Of a stretch of 64,000 bases of DNA, positions 48,824 through 59,579 are shown piece after piece. The stretch spans positions 64,001 through 128,000 of the forward strand of contig CAWGVG010000015.1 in the NCBI GenBank assembly GCA_963825865.1. The letters are read 5' to 3'. Each line of letters opens with the position of its first letter. The stretch's first letter is position 1. Below the pieces are notes generated by a model. The model did not search any database. It saw only the letters and a list, made by a program, of their open reading frames with translations, and had not been told where the DNA came from. A program made the position numbers and the translations under genes. Source of the DNA: an uncultured Nitrososphaeraceae archaeon (GTDB lineage: Archaea > Thermoproteota > Nitrososphaeria > Nitrososphaerales > Nitrososphaeraceae).

Positions 48824-49369
48824 CTAACCATAGCCTACGTATCTATTCCTTAAATTATCACGCAATTTTAGAGATAGTTTTTCAGCAACTTGTTTTTGAT
48901 ATTCATTAGAATTTACAGTATTCCTCTCAGTAAATACAAACGGTCCATAGGCATAATTCCTACCGTTTACTGGCGTTACAGTTTCAAGCGAACCAAGCAC
49001 TGAATATAGATAATTATTAACGTCTGATTCCCTAACAGCATTCATTTGGTGTTCTTCAGTTAGCTTCTTGAGAATATCCATTATTATAAGTGGTTCGAGT
49101 TTTCTATATCCAAATGGGAGAGAAGTATTGCTGATCTTCCTTTCTATTTTTGTAGAATCTAAGTCAACCTTTGTTCCGACTACTAATGGTAATGGTTTGT
49201 AGATTGAGTCTATTTTGAGTTGCCATACTTCATCAGTGGTTGAAACTGTGGCATCAAAGAATCCATGCTTCAAAGAAGTTGTCGAGATGACAAAGTTCCA
49301 GTTTTTTGGATTTGAGCAATATTTTTCAAAAAGATATTTTGCGATTGCTTTATTTTCTAGAATCTCCAT
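48824..49369 (-). CDS. Hypothetical protein
   Basis: Clean 181-aa ORF; no family recognised. Confidence 0.7.
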   Translation of the reverse strand: MEILENKAIAKYLFEKYCSNPKNWNFVISTTSLKHGFFDATVSTTDEVWQLKIDSIYKPLPLVVGTKVDLDSTKIERKISNTSLPFGYRKLEPLIIMDILKKLTEEHQMNAVRESDVNNYLYSVLGSLETVTPVNGRNYAYGPFVFTERNTVNSNEYQKQVAEKLSLKLRDNLRNRYVGYG

Positions 49370-50468
49370 GTGGAACGAAAAGTATTAGGAATTGGCTAAT
49401 ATGAGAGTTGCGTAAACAAAACTGCGAATAGATTGAGTAATAAAGACTATTTTTGAAATACAACGTTAAATGGCTTCGGCTTGACTATGATTCTCCACTA
49501 TTATAGATTAGTGAAACGAGAAGTTTGAGCTTTCTTACCAAAGTCAGGTTTTCTTCCCAGCAGCGGTTCGATACTCATTAGTTTCATATAGACACCATAC
49601 ATACATACATTCATACATTCCCAGTATAAATTTTCTAAACCCAATTGTAAACTTCGGTTGAATGATAGGTACTATACTTCAAACAAATGAGCATATTTGA
49701 TGTAAATAGAAATATAAGCAATTTCTTAGCTCGGGCTAGTTCTGTCAATGACGTGACTAGAGAACAAATCGTATTTTTCTAACATTGAATGTCCCGTATC
49801 ACTCTTATGATTGTCAACATCTGAATAAAAAATAAAATCAGATTTACATTCATAACAGATCCACATCATTTTCAAATCATCTGGGTGCATAGGGAATTTA
49901 TTTATTGTGTGTATGCAATTTAAGAGGTAAGTAATTATGTAATATTTCTTTTGATAGGTATAACAAAAAAGTCTATGTATTTAGATAATTTGTCAACTTT
50001 CTTTAAGGTGATGGTTATGGTTGGTATTACAGGCTAAACATGCGCTGTCTTAACCATTTCTTTTAACGCATAGAGTGATTATTTGGCCTATATATAACAG
50101 CACTACATAGTTTCTAGCACATGGACTATGCTTTAAGTATTTCATCGTTTAGTCTCTTTTAAGGCAATGAAATTGGCTGTTTTTTAATGGATATACAAAA
50201 AATAATTAAATTTGAGTATGCGTAAGGCTTTACCCTTAAGAATTTTGTCGTAATTCCTCCATTATGCAATGGTTAGTCAAGTTAGAGGACGATTTGTAGA
50301 ATTACAATATCCTATCAAGTCTAGGTCTAATAAATAACTAGTGCTTATAAAAATGGGAAATTCATTTTTTATGTCTGAGTTAGATAAACCAGTTCAGTCA
50401 GGAACGGTTCTGAACATAATTATAAAATATATTAATAATTTCCTTAATAAACAGGTAGGGAATTTAAG

Positions 50469-51245
50469 TTGAAGGCAATATTGTTAGCAGGAGGGCGTGG
50501 TACCAGGGCGAAACCCTTTACAGAGTATTTTCCCAAGGCTATGTTTCCATTAAACGGAAGGCCTATGATAGATTACATTGTAAGATACCTAGCGCAGTTT
50601 TCCCAAATTAATGAAATAATCATAGTATGTGATTTCGATAATTTTGGCAAACAGATAATTAATTATTTTGAAGGAAAAGGATCTATAGTGGGGAAATCTA
50701 TAACCTTTGTTGAAGATAAAAATAGCGGAACTGGGGGTTCGTTATTACGGGTTGAAAAATACGTTGGACAAGACGAATGCTTCTTGGTATGGTTTGCAGA
50801 CAACCTCTGCGCCCTGCACATAGAACATATGATACACCAGTATCATCAGGCAAATGCGGAAAGCGGAGGAATTACCGGAATGATTGTAGTTCGAAAGCGA
50901 AGACGTGAGGAAACAGCTCGGGTTATATTAGATGAGTCTCAAATCAAAGAGTTTTCGGAAAAACACGTGGTAAATCTCGAAAAACCAGAAGCACTTGGTA
51001 TCTATTTATTTAGTAAAAGAATTTTTGAATATCTACAAAAGAGATTAAATGAAGGATCCGATAGCTTTGATTTATCTTATCATATATTAAATCAAATCAC
51101 AAGTATAGACAAATTGTTTTCATATGACATTGGTGAAAACGTAGAGTGGATAGACGCAGAGTCGCCTGCTTATACTGATAGAAATAAAGATATAATAGAA
51201 AGAATTTTGTTACAAATGCGCTCTGTTATTGGCGATGTGAATTAA
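50469..51245 (+). CDS. Sugar-phosphate nucleotidyltransferase (NTP_transferase)
   Basis: MKAILLAGGRGTR.KP.T...PKAM, GTGGSL, FSEK. Confidence 0.88.
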   Translation: MKAILLAGGRGTRAKPFTEYFPKAMFPLNGRPMIDYIVRYLAQFSQINEIIIVCDFDNFGKQIINYFEGKGSIVGKSITFVEDKNSGTGGSLLRVEKYVGQDECFLVWFADNLCALHIEHMIHQYHQANAESGGITGMIVVRKRRREETARVILDESQIKEFSEKHVVNLEKPEALGIYLFSKRIFEYLQKRLNEGSDSFDLSYHILNQITSIDKLFSYDIGENVEWIDAESPAYTDRNKDIIERILLQMRSVIGDVN

Positions 51246-51346
51246 GCATCTTATGCTGAAAGATGACTATCGAAATATATAGAATATAATAGGTGCCTGT
51301 CTGACGAATATCATATTAACATCATGATCTGCAGAAGAAAAACTTA

Positions 51347-51715
51347 TTAATTCAGATTGTCAAGACATTGTAAAAGCAGGCTACGATTGCTTTTCAAAAT
51401 TCGTCGGATAAATTTATCCAACGTAAAGATGTGTTGTTTTTGAAAATTAGTCGGAAGAAAACCACCATGAGAAAAGACCTGAACAACAACATGTTTCTCG
51501 CTCATTGTAGCGACTTCTTCTTCCAAGGCATCCTCACTTTCCTCAATAATATTCCTGTACAATATAAAGGGTCTATCTTTTCGACTGCTAATGATGGATG
51601 CTTTTCTAAGTTTATCTCTGAATTTTTCTATTAACCACTCTTCGACAATTTTTTCCTGGTTTTCATTCTCTGATTCCTCTTGTTTTTGGATACCTGCATG
51701 CTGCTTATTAGCCAA
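51347..51715 (-). CDS. Hypothetical protein
   Basis: 122-aa ORF with an upstream TATA-like box. Confidence 0.6.
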   Translation of the reverse strand: MANKQHAGIQKQEESENENQEKIVEEWLIEKFRDKLRKASIISSRKDRPFILYRNIIEESEDALEEEVATMSEKHVVVQVFSHGGFLPTNFQKQHIFTLDKFIRRILKSNRSLLLQCLDNLN

Positions 51716-52419
51716 GCCTAATAATTATCTAGATAGTTTGTAAATAAATACCTATGAGAATAAGTATTGACACAACAATTGCTTTGTACTACATAGCCAA
51801 GCAAAGTCTGACTTTTCTAGTTTAGTAAGTAAAGGCACATATATAACCCTATCGTTGTGAAAAATTTCTTAACTTTTCGTTGAATAATATTAAGCACATA
51901 CGCAGAGATGAAGGTGAGTGTAACTTAAGCTTCAAATTCTATTAACATACATGCATGGATTAGTCGTGGCATAAATGATAACGACCAAATACAGTACTGT
52001 ATATGGGTAGCTAATAGCATCTACGTGGGTATGCTTTATCTACTAAGGAGTATAACAAGTTTAGATCATCGTCTGCCTGGGACAATTCTTTTTCTTCTTT
52101 AATAAGAATATTATTTTATGTATCGAAGATACCAACGTAGAATAATTAAGTATAGAGTGTCGAAACCAACTTTCCGCATAATCACGAAATCGATAATAAA
52201 AGAAGATGTGACAGATACCACATGCTTTGTTATGAAACATTCCAATTAGGTAGCAGAGAAAGAGCTCTGTACATCTTGACATAGATGTACTATAAAAATT
52301 TGTGATACAGCATATTGGACATAATGTCCACCGCTATTACTGATATACTATTAACTGCCAACAAATGGATCTCCAATTTGTTCAAGGAAGGACTAACAGG
52401 TAATCCAAGGTTCAACCAT

Positions 52420-52792
52420 TTAAATGCTATATATATATTCGATAGGTGAAATGACTATTATTCCCGCATTTGTTTTACCTGTCGTTGCTGATTCTCTTAT
52501 GGCGGCTACTGCGTCTTCAACCTTATTCTCATCTACTATAGTCACTACAGTACAGTCTAGTCGAATACGGCATTTTTATAGTTCCTGTACCCCTACCTGA
52601 TCTCACTATTTCTTTCTCACCTTTACCCATACCTTTAGATTCATAGAACGTTACCTGTAAGTTTAAAGCTTCTAAAGCGGATAATACTGAATCCGCTTTT
52701 TCAGCTACTATATATGCCTCAACCCTCTTCTTTCCTATATATTTTTTGTCGGTTTTCTTTTCTTCTTTTTCGATAAGAGTACTACTACTCAT
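52420..52792 (-). CDS. P-II family nitrogen regulatory protein (indel near 52550)
   Basis: KRVEAYI, KGMGKG, then DENKVEDAVAAIRESATTGKTNAGIIVISPIE in the shifted frame. Confidence 0.82.
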
Positions 52793-53196
52793 TTAATATC
52801 ACGTTATTTATATAAATAAACATAAAACACACGATTATATGTGTATCTAGAGGAACTGAGACTGGCCTTAGTTATAGTCAGGGTGATTAATATTCCTATT
52901 AGCTTTCGGCAAAATTGTCTATAAAGTTGCTCTGCTTAAGCAGCCTCGATTTACTATAAAGTCATGAGCAGGAATTTGGACTTGTGGCCGCTTTGTTATG
53001 GCTGTCAAACGAATGCAGGTGGTTAATATCGATCACGCAAAGGAATATGTGTAGAGAGAGAATAAACCTCAAGAGAGAGGCTCATGCTCAAGACTCATCA
53101 TGATATTGGAATCGGCTAGGGTCCACTGAAACTACAAAATACATATAATGCCAACTACATGACAAGAAATGGATAATCAAATAGGGAACGGAGCTA

Positions 53197-53706
53197 TTAC
53201 CTAACATCCAAAGTAATTTGTTCGCCATCTTTCAAGATAAGATTTCTAAAGTCAGATATTGGTTCACTGCCATTAACAGTTGCTTTCACTGTTTTACCGC
53301 TGAGGTTTAATCCTCCCCAAATATTCAGAAACTCGCCTAATGTGTAAGTTCTGTTTGCATTAGATTCTACATGAATGGTACCGCTGTCATCATGCGTATG
53401 TAGTGGTGCCAATCCTTGCAGGCCATATCGACCTAATGAATGGTCTATATATAATGGTGCGTCTATACCTATGTTTTTTGGAACAATAAGTCTGGCACCA
53501 TCAGCCGTAACATTAAGGTGTTGGTGAAGGTGCAATACCATTTTACTTCCTAATGTACTACTTTGAGCTCCTAGAATAAAAAGTGCTCCTAATGCTATAG
53601 CTATCGCTGCTATGATGGGAATGTAAATCTTCATGTATTTATTTCTTTTACGGCGGGCAACTGCAAAGTAACTGTCATCTCTCTTTTCAGTTCTCTTATC
53701 TTTCAT
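53197..53706 (-). CDS. Membrane-anchored hypothetical protein with HxH...HTHD motif
   Basis: N-terminal TM; LHLHQHL, PLHTHDDSGTIHVES, YTLGEFLNIWG. Confidence 0.8.
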   Translation of the reverse strand: MKDKRTEKRDDSYFAVARRKRNKYMKIYIPIIAAIAIALGALFILGAQSSTLGSKMVLHLHQHLNVTADGARLIVPKNIGIDAPLYIDHSLGRYGLQGLAPLHTHDDSGTIHVESNANRTYTLGEFLNIWGGLNLSGKTVKATVNGSEPISDFRNLILKDGEQITLDVR

Positions 53707-54064
53707 AGCTCATCGCTCAGATGATTAAAGAGAGCTATATTAATTCGTAGTATCTTACATTCATAAAAATATTCTTTTTTAATTTATCTAATAGATTATT
53801 AACGAGGCTTCACAATTACCAAAGGTTTTGGTATTATGAAACTTGGAATATAAGCGGAAATAAGTGAGATATTGCATAAGTTATTCATTATATTTGGTAG
53901 ACGGTAGACGAAATTTTTGTTGAATAACGTTGCATACAATCTGCATAGTGGTTATTTATATTTCAGATTTCTTTAATCAATGTACTTTGGAGAAGCCCTC
54001 CTAGGCTTTCTGACAATCATTTTACACACCCCTCTTTTTATTCTGCTTAACTGGTTGCATTGCC

Positions 54065-54202
54065 ATGGAAGGATATTGCGTTAAATGCAAATCAAAAAGG
54101 TCAATGAATGATGAGAAAAAGGTCACAATGAAAAATGGAAAACCTGCGACTCAAGGAATTTGTTCTGTATGTGGAACAAAGATGTTCAAAATAGGCAAAT
54201 GA
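54065..54202 (+). CDS. DUF5679-type small zinc-ribbon protein, 45 aa
   Basis: MEGYCVKCKSKRSMNDEKKVTMKNGKPATQGICSVCGTKMFKIGK*. Confidence 0.85.
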   Translation: MEGYCVKCKSKRSMNDEKKVTMKNGKPATQGICSVCGTKMFKIGK

Positions 54203-54301
54203 TCTTTCCGCTGATACCTTCTCTTTTTTAAGTGTTGTTGTCTTATCCGGTATTTTGCTTAACGTCAAGGCATAATACCTTTAGTTGCTTCGTTAGATCA
54301 G

Positions 54302-55270
54302 TTGATAACGATCCAGAATCTTGTCAAACGATATGAGAACTTGACTGCCGTCGACGGAGTGCATCTTGATATACATGAAAATGAGATATTCGGTCTTCTA
54401 GGTTCAAATGGTGCAGGCAAGACTACCATCATCCATATGCTTGCAACTCTGCTTAAGCCTACATCTGGAACTGCTACTGTGAATGGTTATGACATCATAA
54501 AGGAGTCTGCCAAAGTAAGGGCCAGCATAGGTATTGTATTTCAAGCTCCAAGCAGTGATGATATGCTCACAGGATACGAAAATCTAAAGATTAATTCATT
54601 GCTGTATGGCATACCTCGACATCTTAGAGAAAACAGGATAGATTGGGTACTCGATCTTGTTGGACTCACCGAGAGAAAGGACGATCAGGTAAAGAAATAT
54701 TCTGGTGGAATGCGTAGACGATTGGAAATTGCAAGGGGCCTTATTCACAAGCCAAAAGTGATTTTCCTTGACGAGCCAACATTAGGCCTTGATCCAAGTA
54801 GCAGAGAGTCAATGTGGAGATATATACAAAGAGTGGCAAAAGAGGAAAAGATTACCATCATATTGACAACACATTATATGGAGGAGGCAGACAAACTCTG
54901 TGATAGAATTGGCATTATAGATAAGGGTAAAATAATTGCACTAGATACACCATCAAAACTAAAAGCAAGGATTGGAGGCGACATTATAAAGCTCAAAGCA
55001 AAACAAAATAATATTCTAAGTATCGAAATCCTAAAGCATTTTACCTTTGTACGTAAAATTGAGGATATGAATGATGAGAGGCTACTCATTTTATCAGTGG
55101 ACAATGCAAGTTACAATCTTCCGATAATTTTAAAACAGATTGATGTCGAATCAGTGGAGGTTACAAGCCGTACGTTAAATGACGTTTTCCTCCATTTTAC
55201 GGGTCGAAATATCAGAGAGCAACCAGAAGGCGGTTTTATGGAAAGATATGCCCTATATAATAAGCGGTAG
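54302..55270 (+). CDS. ABC-2 (DrrA-like) exporter ATP-binding subunit
   Basis: GSNGAGKTT, YSGGMRRR, LDEPT, TTHYMEEA. Confidence 0.93.
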   Translation: MITIQNLVKRYENLTAVDGVHLDIHENEIFGLLGSNGAGKTTIIHMLATLLKPTSGTATVNGYDIIKESAKVRASIGIVFQAPSSDDMLTGYENLKINSLLYGIPRHLRENRIDWVLDLVGLTERKDDQVKKYSGGMRRRLEIARGLIHKPKVIFLDEPTLGLDPSSRESMWRYIQRVAKEEKITIILTTHYMEEADKLCDRIGIIDKGKIIALDTPSKLKARIGGDIIKLKAKQNNILSIEILKHFTFVRKIEDMNDERLLILSVDNASYNLPIILKQIDVESVEVTSRTLNDVFLHFTGRNIREQPEGGFMERYALYNKR

Positions 55271-55304
55271 AAGTATTAACCACAGTATTCGCGTGGAAGG
55301 ACTA

Positions 55305-56048
55305 ATGAGCAAAGTGTATGCTATTTGGCTTCGCGAATTCAAAGTATTCTTAAGGGAGAGGAGCAGGCTGATAGCATCCACATTCACGCCGCTATTGTGG
55401 CTCTTCGTTATTGGCTCAGGCTTTGGTCAGACTACTACTCACACTAGTATTGATTATCAAAAGTTCATTTTTCCTGGTATAGTCACTATGTCAGTCATAT
55501 TTTCATCTGTATTTTATGGCTCATATATAATCTGGGACAAAAAATTTGATTTTCTAAAAAGTGTGATGGTTGCACCAGTTAACAGGGGCACCATTTTTGT
55601 TGGTAAAACGTTTGGAGGGATGACTAATTCACTCGTTCAGGCTTCTATACTCCTGGCAGTCGGGGCAGCCATAGGTGTTCAGTTTACTATATTGTCTATA
55701 ATTCAAAGCGTAGTGGTTGTTCTGCTTCTGTCTTTTGCACTAACCTCTCTTGGACTTGCTCTTGGTAGCTATGTGCAGAGTCTAGAAGGATTTCAGATGA
55801 TAGTCAGCTTTGTAGTCTTTCCTCTTTTCTTCCTTAGCAGTGCACTCTTTCCGCTAGATCATCTGCCAACATGGCTTTCAGTTTTAACAAATACAGATCC
55901 TGCCACATACGCTGTAGACGCACTCAGAAACACAATGCTCGGAATAGGAAACAAATCATTCGAAATAGATGTTGTAGTCCTAGTAGCATTTACAACAGTT
56001 CTCGGCGCATTCGGAGCTTATTCATTTGGAAGGATGAAGGCAGTATGA
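55305..56048 (+). CDS. ABC-2 exporter permease
   Basis: IWLRE, FIFPG, PLFFLSSALFP, PATYAVDALR; multiple TM segments. Confidence 0.92.
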   Translation: MSKVYAIWLREFKVFLRERSRLIASTFTPLLWLFVIGSGFGQTTTHTSIDYQKFIFPGIVTMSVIFSSVFYGSYIIWDKKFDFLKSVMVAPVNRGTIFVGKTFGGMTNSLVQASILLAVGAAIGVQFTILSIIQSVVVVLLLSFALTSLGLALGSYVQSLEGFQMIVSFVVFPLFFLSSALFPLDHLPTWLSVLTNTDPATYAVDALRNTMLGIGNKSFEIDVVVLVAFTTVLGAFGAYSFGRMKAV

Positions 56049-56120
56049 ACGCTATGATCTCACTTTTTCTATGGCAATCACTGTACATTTAAAAGAGGTT
56101 ATTCCAATTTCACTTTAATT

Positions 56121-56214
56121 GGGGCTATCGTCTAGCTTGGTCTAGGATACCATCTCTTATAGAGGTACAGGCCTGGGGCGCTGGCGGTCGTGGGTTCAAA
56201 TCCCACTGGCCCCA
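56121..56214 (+). tRNA. tRNA-Pro(GGG) with 18-nt intron (56153..56170) at position 29/30
   Basis: Acceptor stem GGGGCTA/TGGCCCC, T-arm GTGGG-TTCAAAT-CCCAC; intron removal gives CCAGC-CTGGGGC-GCTGG. Confidence 0.93.
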
Positions 56215-56273
56215 ATGTGATATTAGTTCTCTAATTGGATTCACTCGAACAGAAAAAAAGTGAAATTAAATAG

Positions 56274-57543
56274 ATGCAAATTGAACAAGGAGAAGGAGAA
56301 CAACAAGAACCAATTGAGGAGGAATCCAATGCATATTCGCTATTTGTATATGCCGTGAGATCACAAATTACAAGGGATTATTATCTGAGACGGTTACGAA
56401 TTTTCTTTAATGATATTAATTTACTTCCTGATGGAGCAATGGAAGAAAGGTGTAATCTGTTTGCTGCAAAGGGATAAAAGATCCAAATTGGGCTTTTCAT
56501 TGCATTGTAAAATTCTTGCAGTTTCAAAGGGAAAGAGTTGAAAAAGAAGAGATTACAGGAGCAACTCTCCGTAACTTTGTAAAAGCTATAAAATTATTCT
56601 GTGAAATGTCTGATATTCCAGTTACATGGAAAAAGATCAGTCGTGGATTACCTAAAATTAGAAGATATGCTGATGATCGCTCACCAACCATACAAGAAAT
56701 TCAGAAAATTTGTGAATATCCTGATAGGAGAATAAAAGGAATAGTGTACACTATGTCATCTACTGGAATCAGGCTTGGCGCATGGGATTACTTACGCTGG
56801 AGACATATAGTGCCAATCAAAAGAGAAGGAAAAATTGTAGCCGCAAAGGTAGTTGTTTATGCTGGAGATGATGAAGAGTATTTTTCATTCATAACTCCTG
56901 AAGCATATTGTGAATTGGAAAAATGGATAGAATATCGTCAGGAATCCGGGGAAAAGGTAGATGTCAATAGCTGGGTAATGAGGCAATTATGGAATACTAA
57001 ACAAGGCCACTACCATCATGGAACAATAAAGGATGCTACTAAACTCAAATCTTCGGGGGTCAAAAGATTAATCGAAGATGCATTATGGACACAAGGAATT
57101 AGAAAGAAATCAAATCTAAAAAGAAACAGATATGAGTTTCAAACAGATCATGGGTTAAGAAAATGGTTTAAAACTCGTTGCGAAATAGCTGGAATGAAAA
57201 GCATAAATATAGAAAAATTGATGGGTCATTCAGTAGGTATATCCGATTCTTACTATAGAGCTACAGAGAATGAACTTTTAGATGATTATTTGAAAGCAGT
57301 TCCTCTACTTACAATAAGCAGCGAGAACAGGCTTCATATACAGATGAAAGAAGTGGTCGAACAATCAAGAAATAACGATGCCAGCATCAAATCTGAATTA
57401 TACGAAAAAGGACAAGCGATTGCTAATTTGACAGAAAGAGACTCATTAACACTGACGCAATAGCTTCTCTATCAGATCAGGTAATGAAACTTATCAAGGA
57501 GATCGAGGTCTTAAAGAGGAACAGAACTAGTGATACAACTTAA
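56274..57543 (+). CDS. Tyrosine recombinase/integrase (indels near 56470 and 57445)
   Basis: STGIRLG (R), HGLRKWF (HxxR), LMGHS (H), DSYY (Y); coiled-coil tail. Confidence 0.9.
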
Positions 57544-57569
57544 TTCAAAATAAAAAGAAAATTCTTCTA

Positions 57570-57929
57570 TTATCTGTTCAAAGCCGTCCTAACTTCAGGG
57601 AGAGCCAAAGCAAATCCGACATGAATACAATCAAAAGTATCTTCAGAAATACATTTTAAGTTCCTATTTCTTACCTGAACTTCTATCAGTCTTTCATTCT
57701 TTCTCATATCTTTTAATATAACTGTGTCATCATTGAGGCCAACCAACGAGATAAACTGTGCTTCTCTAAGCATTCTACGTCGCTCAAGTTCTATTAGTGC
57801 CGATTCTGAAACGAATGCCAAAAGATAAGTTTGGATGCTTTGCTTTTTCAATGTTATACTTACGTTCTAGTTCTGAGAGCGATTTACCACTTACTGTAAT
57901 AGTCTTTTGTCCTGGTTTTGGCACTACAT
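57570..57929 (-). CDS. RHH-like DNA-binding protein with C-x7-C-x-H tail
   Basis: Merging the two copies gives MSVPKPGQKTITVS...SFAAFVSESALIEL...LKCISEDTFDCIHVGFALALPEV. Confidence 0.65.
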
Positions 57930-58628
57930 GATATGACCTTCTGATATTAATAAATATAACAGCTAATCCAAGTGCGTAACGGTTATTAGCCGTGCCATAG
58001 ATAAAAATATGTGAGCAGAGGCTACAAGACGGTCAGAGCAGAAAGAAGATAGATTGGAAAAAACAAGTGATGCCTGCAGTAAAAGAAAGGTGCAAGCTTC
58101 AATTCACGTGGAATAATACCTACACTGAGGGCAATGTTTTATGCACTTGTTTCTCGCGGAGTGATACCTAATGATCATCATTGAGGCCAACCAACGAGAT
58201 AAACTGTGCTTCTCTAAGCATTCTACGTCGCTCAAGTTCTATTAGTGCCGATTCTGAAACGAATGCTGCAAAAGATAAGTTTGGATGCTTTGCTTTTTCA
58301 ATGTTATACTTACGTTCTAGTTCTGAGAGCGATTTACCACTTACTGTAATAGTCTTTTGTCCTGGTTTTGGCACTGACATGATATGACCTTCTGATATTA
58401 ATAAATATAACAGCTAATCCAAGTGCGTAACGGTTATTAGCCGTGCCATAGATAAAAATATGTGCAGCAGAGGCTACAAGACGGTCAGAGCAGAAAGAAG
58501 ATAGATTGGAAAAAACAAGTGATGCCTGCAGTAAAAGAAAGGCTGCAAGACTTCAATTCACGTGGAATAATACCTACACTGAGGGCAATGTTTTATGCAC
58601 TTGTTTCTCGCGGAGTGATACCTAATGA
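57727..58628. repeat. Direct tandem duplication of about 450 bp (57727..58174 and 58175..58628)
   Basis: Both copies run TCATCATTGAGGCC...GTGATACCTAATGA and differ only by 6 nt of small deletions in copy 1. Confidence 0.95.
58381..58461. promoter_or_regulatory. Divergent promoter/operator between the RHH-like gene and the Toprim gene
   Basis: AT-rich TATA-like tract; TAACgGTTA palindrome (58428..58436) framed by GCTAAT/ATTAGC. Confidence 0.4.
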
Positions 58629-59427
58629 TCAAAAGAAATATCAATACCTGAGCGAGTTTACGGCTAGAGCGAGAGAGAATGGAGAACTACCAATAAATTG
58701 TTTTGCAGACCAAAGCAGAAGAGTAGTACAAGATTTTAACGATATCTATCAATCTCCTGAAAAGTACGTAGATAGAGCTATACAATACTTACAAGATGCA
58801 CCAAATGATTATCTTAACACTATACCTAGATGGCATGAACAACCAGAGTATGTAGAAGTCTGGGTGGAAAAAGACGCTCTCGCAGGCACTTTAAAATCCA
58901 TACTTGGAGATAGACAAATTAGGATTGTGCCTAATAGAGGATTTAGTAGTGTAGCGTTTAGTCACGATAATATTAAAAGGCTAAAGGATTTTCAATACCA
59001 AGGGAAAAGTATTCACATTCTTTACTTTGGTGATTTGGATCCATCTGGGGAAGTCATAGATGAGGTTATTTATAAGAAATTAAGACAATATGGAATATAC
59101 GGAGTTGATTTTAAACGTATAGCAGTAACAGAAGAACAAACAAGGCAGTTCAATTTGCCACATAACCCTGATCCGGAGACCTTGAGCAAGCTAAAAAAGG
59201 ACAGCAGAGCAAAATCCTTCATGAGGAGACATAATGGTGAGCTTTTTCAAATCGAAGTTGATGCGTTACAGGCATATGGCCCTGATGAATTTAAAAGTCT
59301 AGTACAACAGTCTGTGGACAAATACTTTGACCAAGATATTTACAAGGAAGCACTGTCTAATCCGCTACATTCTGAAGAAGGTGAAGTCGCTTTTAAAGAA
59401 TTTAAAATAGAATATGCTTGTCTTTAG
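58462..59427 (+). CDS. Stand-alone Topo VI-A/Spo11-like (Mini-A-type) protein
   Basis: TLRAMFY wHTH motif, VEVWVEKDAL (Toprim E), RGFSS, YFGDLDPSG (DxD), EVDAL. Confidence 0.75.
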   Translation: MQQRLQDGQSRKKIDWKKQVMPAVKERLQDFNSRGIIPTLRAMFYALVSRGVIPNDQKKYQYLSEFTARARENGELPINCFADQSRRVVQDFNDIYQSPEKYVDRAIQYLQDAPNDYLNTIPRWHEQPEYVEVWVEKDALAGTLKSILGDRQIRIVPNRGFSSVAFSHDNIKRLKDFQYQGKSIHILYFGDLDPSGEVIDEVIYKKLRQYGIYGVDFKRIAVTEEQTRQFNLPHNPDPETLSKLKKDSRAKSFMRRHNGELFQIEVDALQAYGPDEFKSLVQQSVDKYFDQDIYKEALSNPLHSEEGEVAFKEFKIEYACL

Positions 59428-59579
59428 CTTGTTTATAATAGACTAGTTACTGCGATCGTTTTAGTAATCCTGACTGACTAGTGCCGTTATTATTTTTCTT
59501 CTCTAGAATATGTATAATTTAGTCGAGTCATAGCTTGCAATAGTTCTCTTAGGCAAACCGTAGTTATTGATTATACTGT

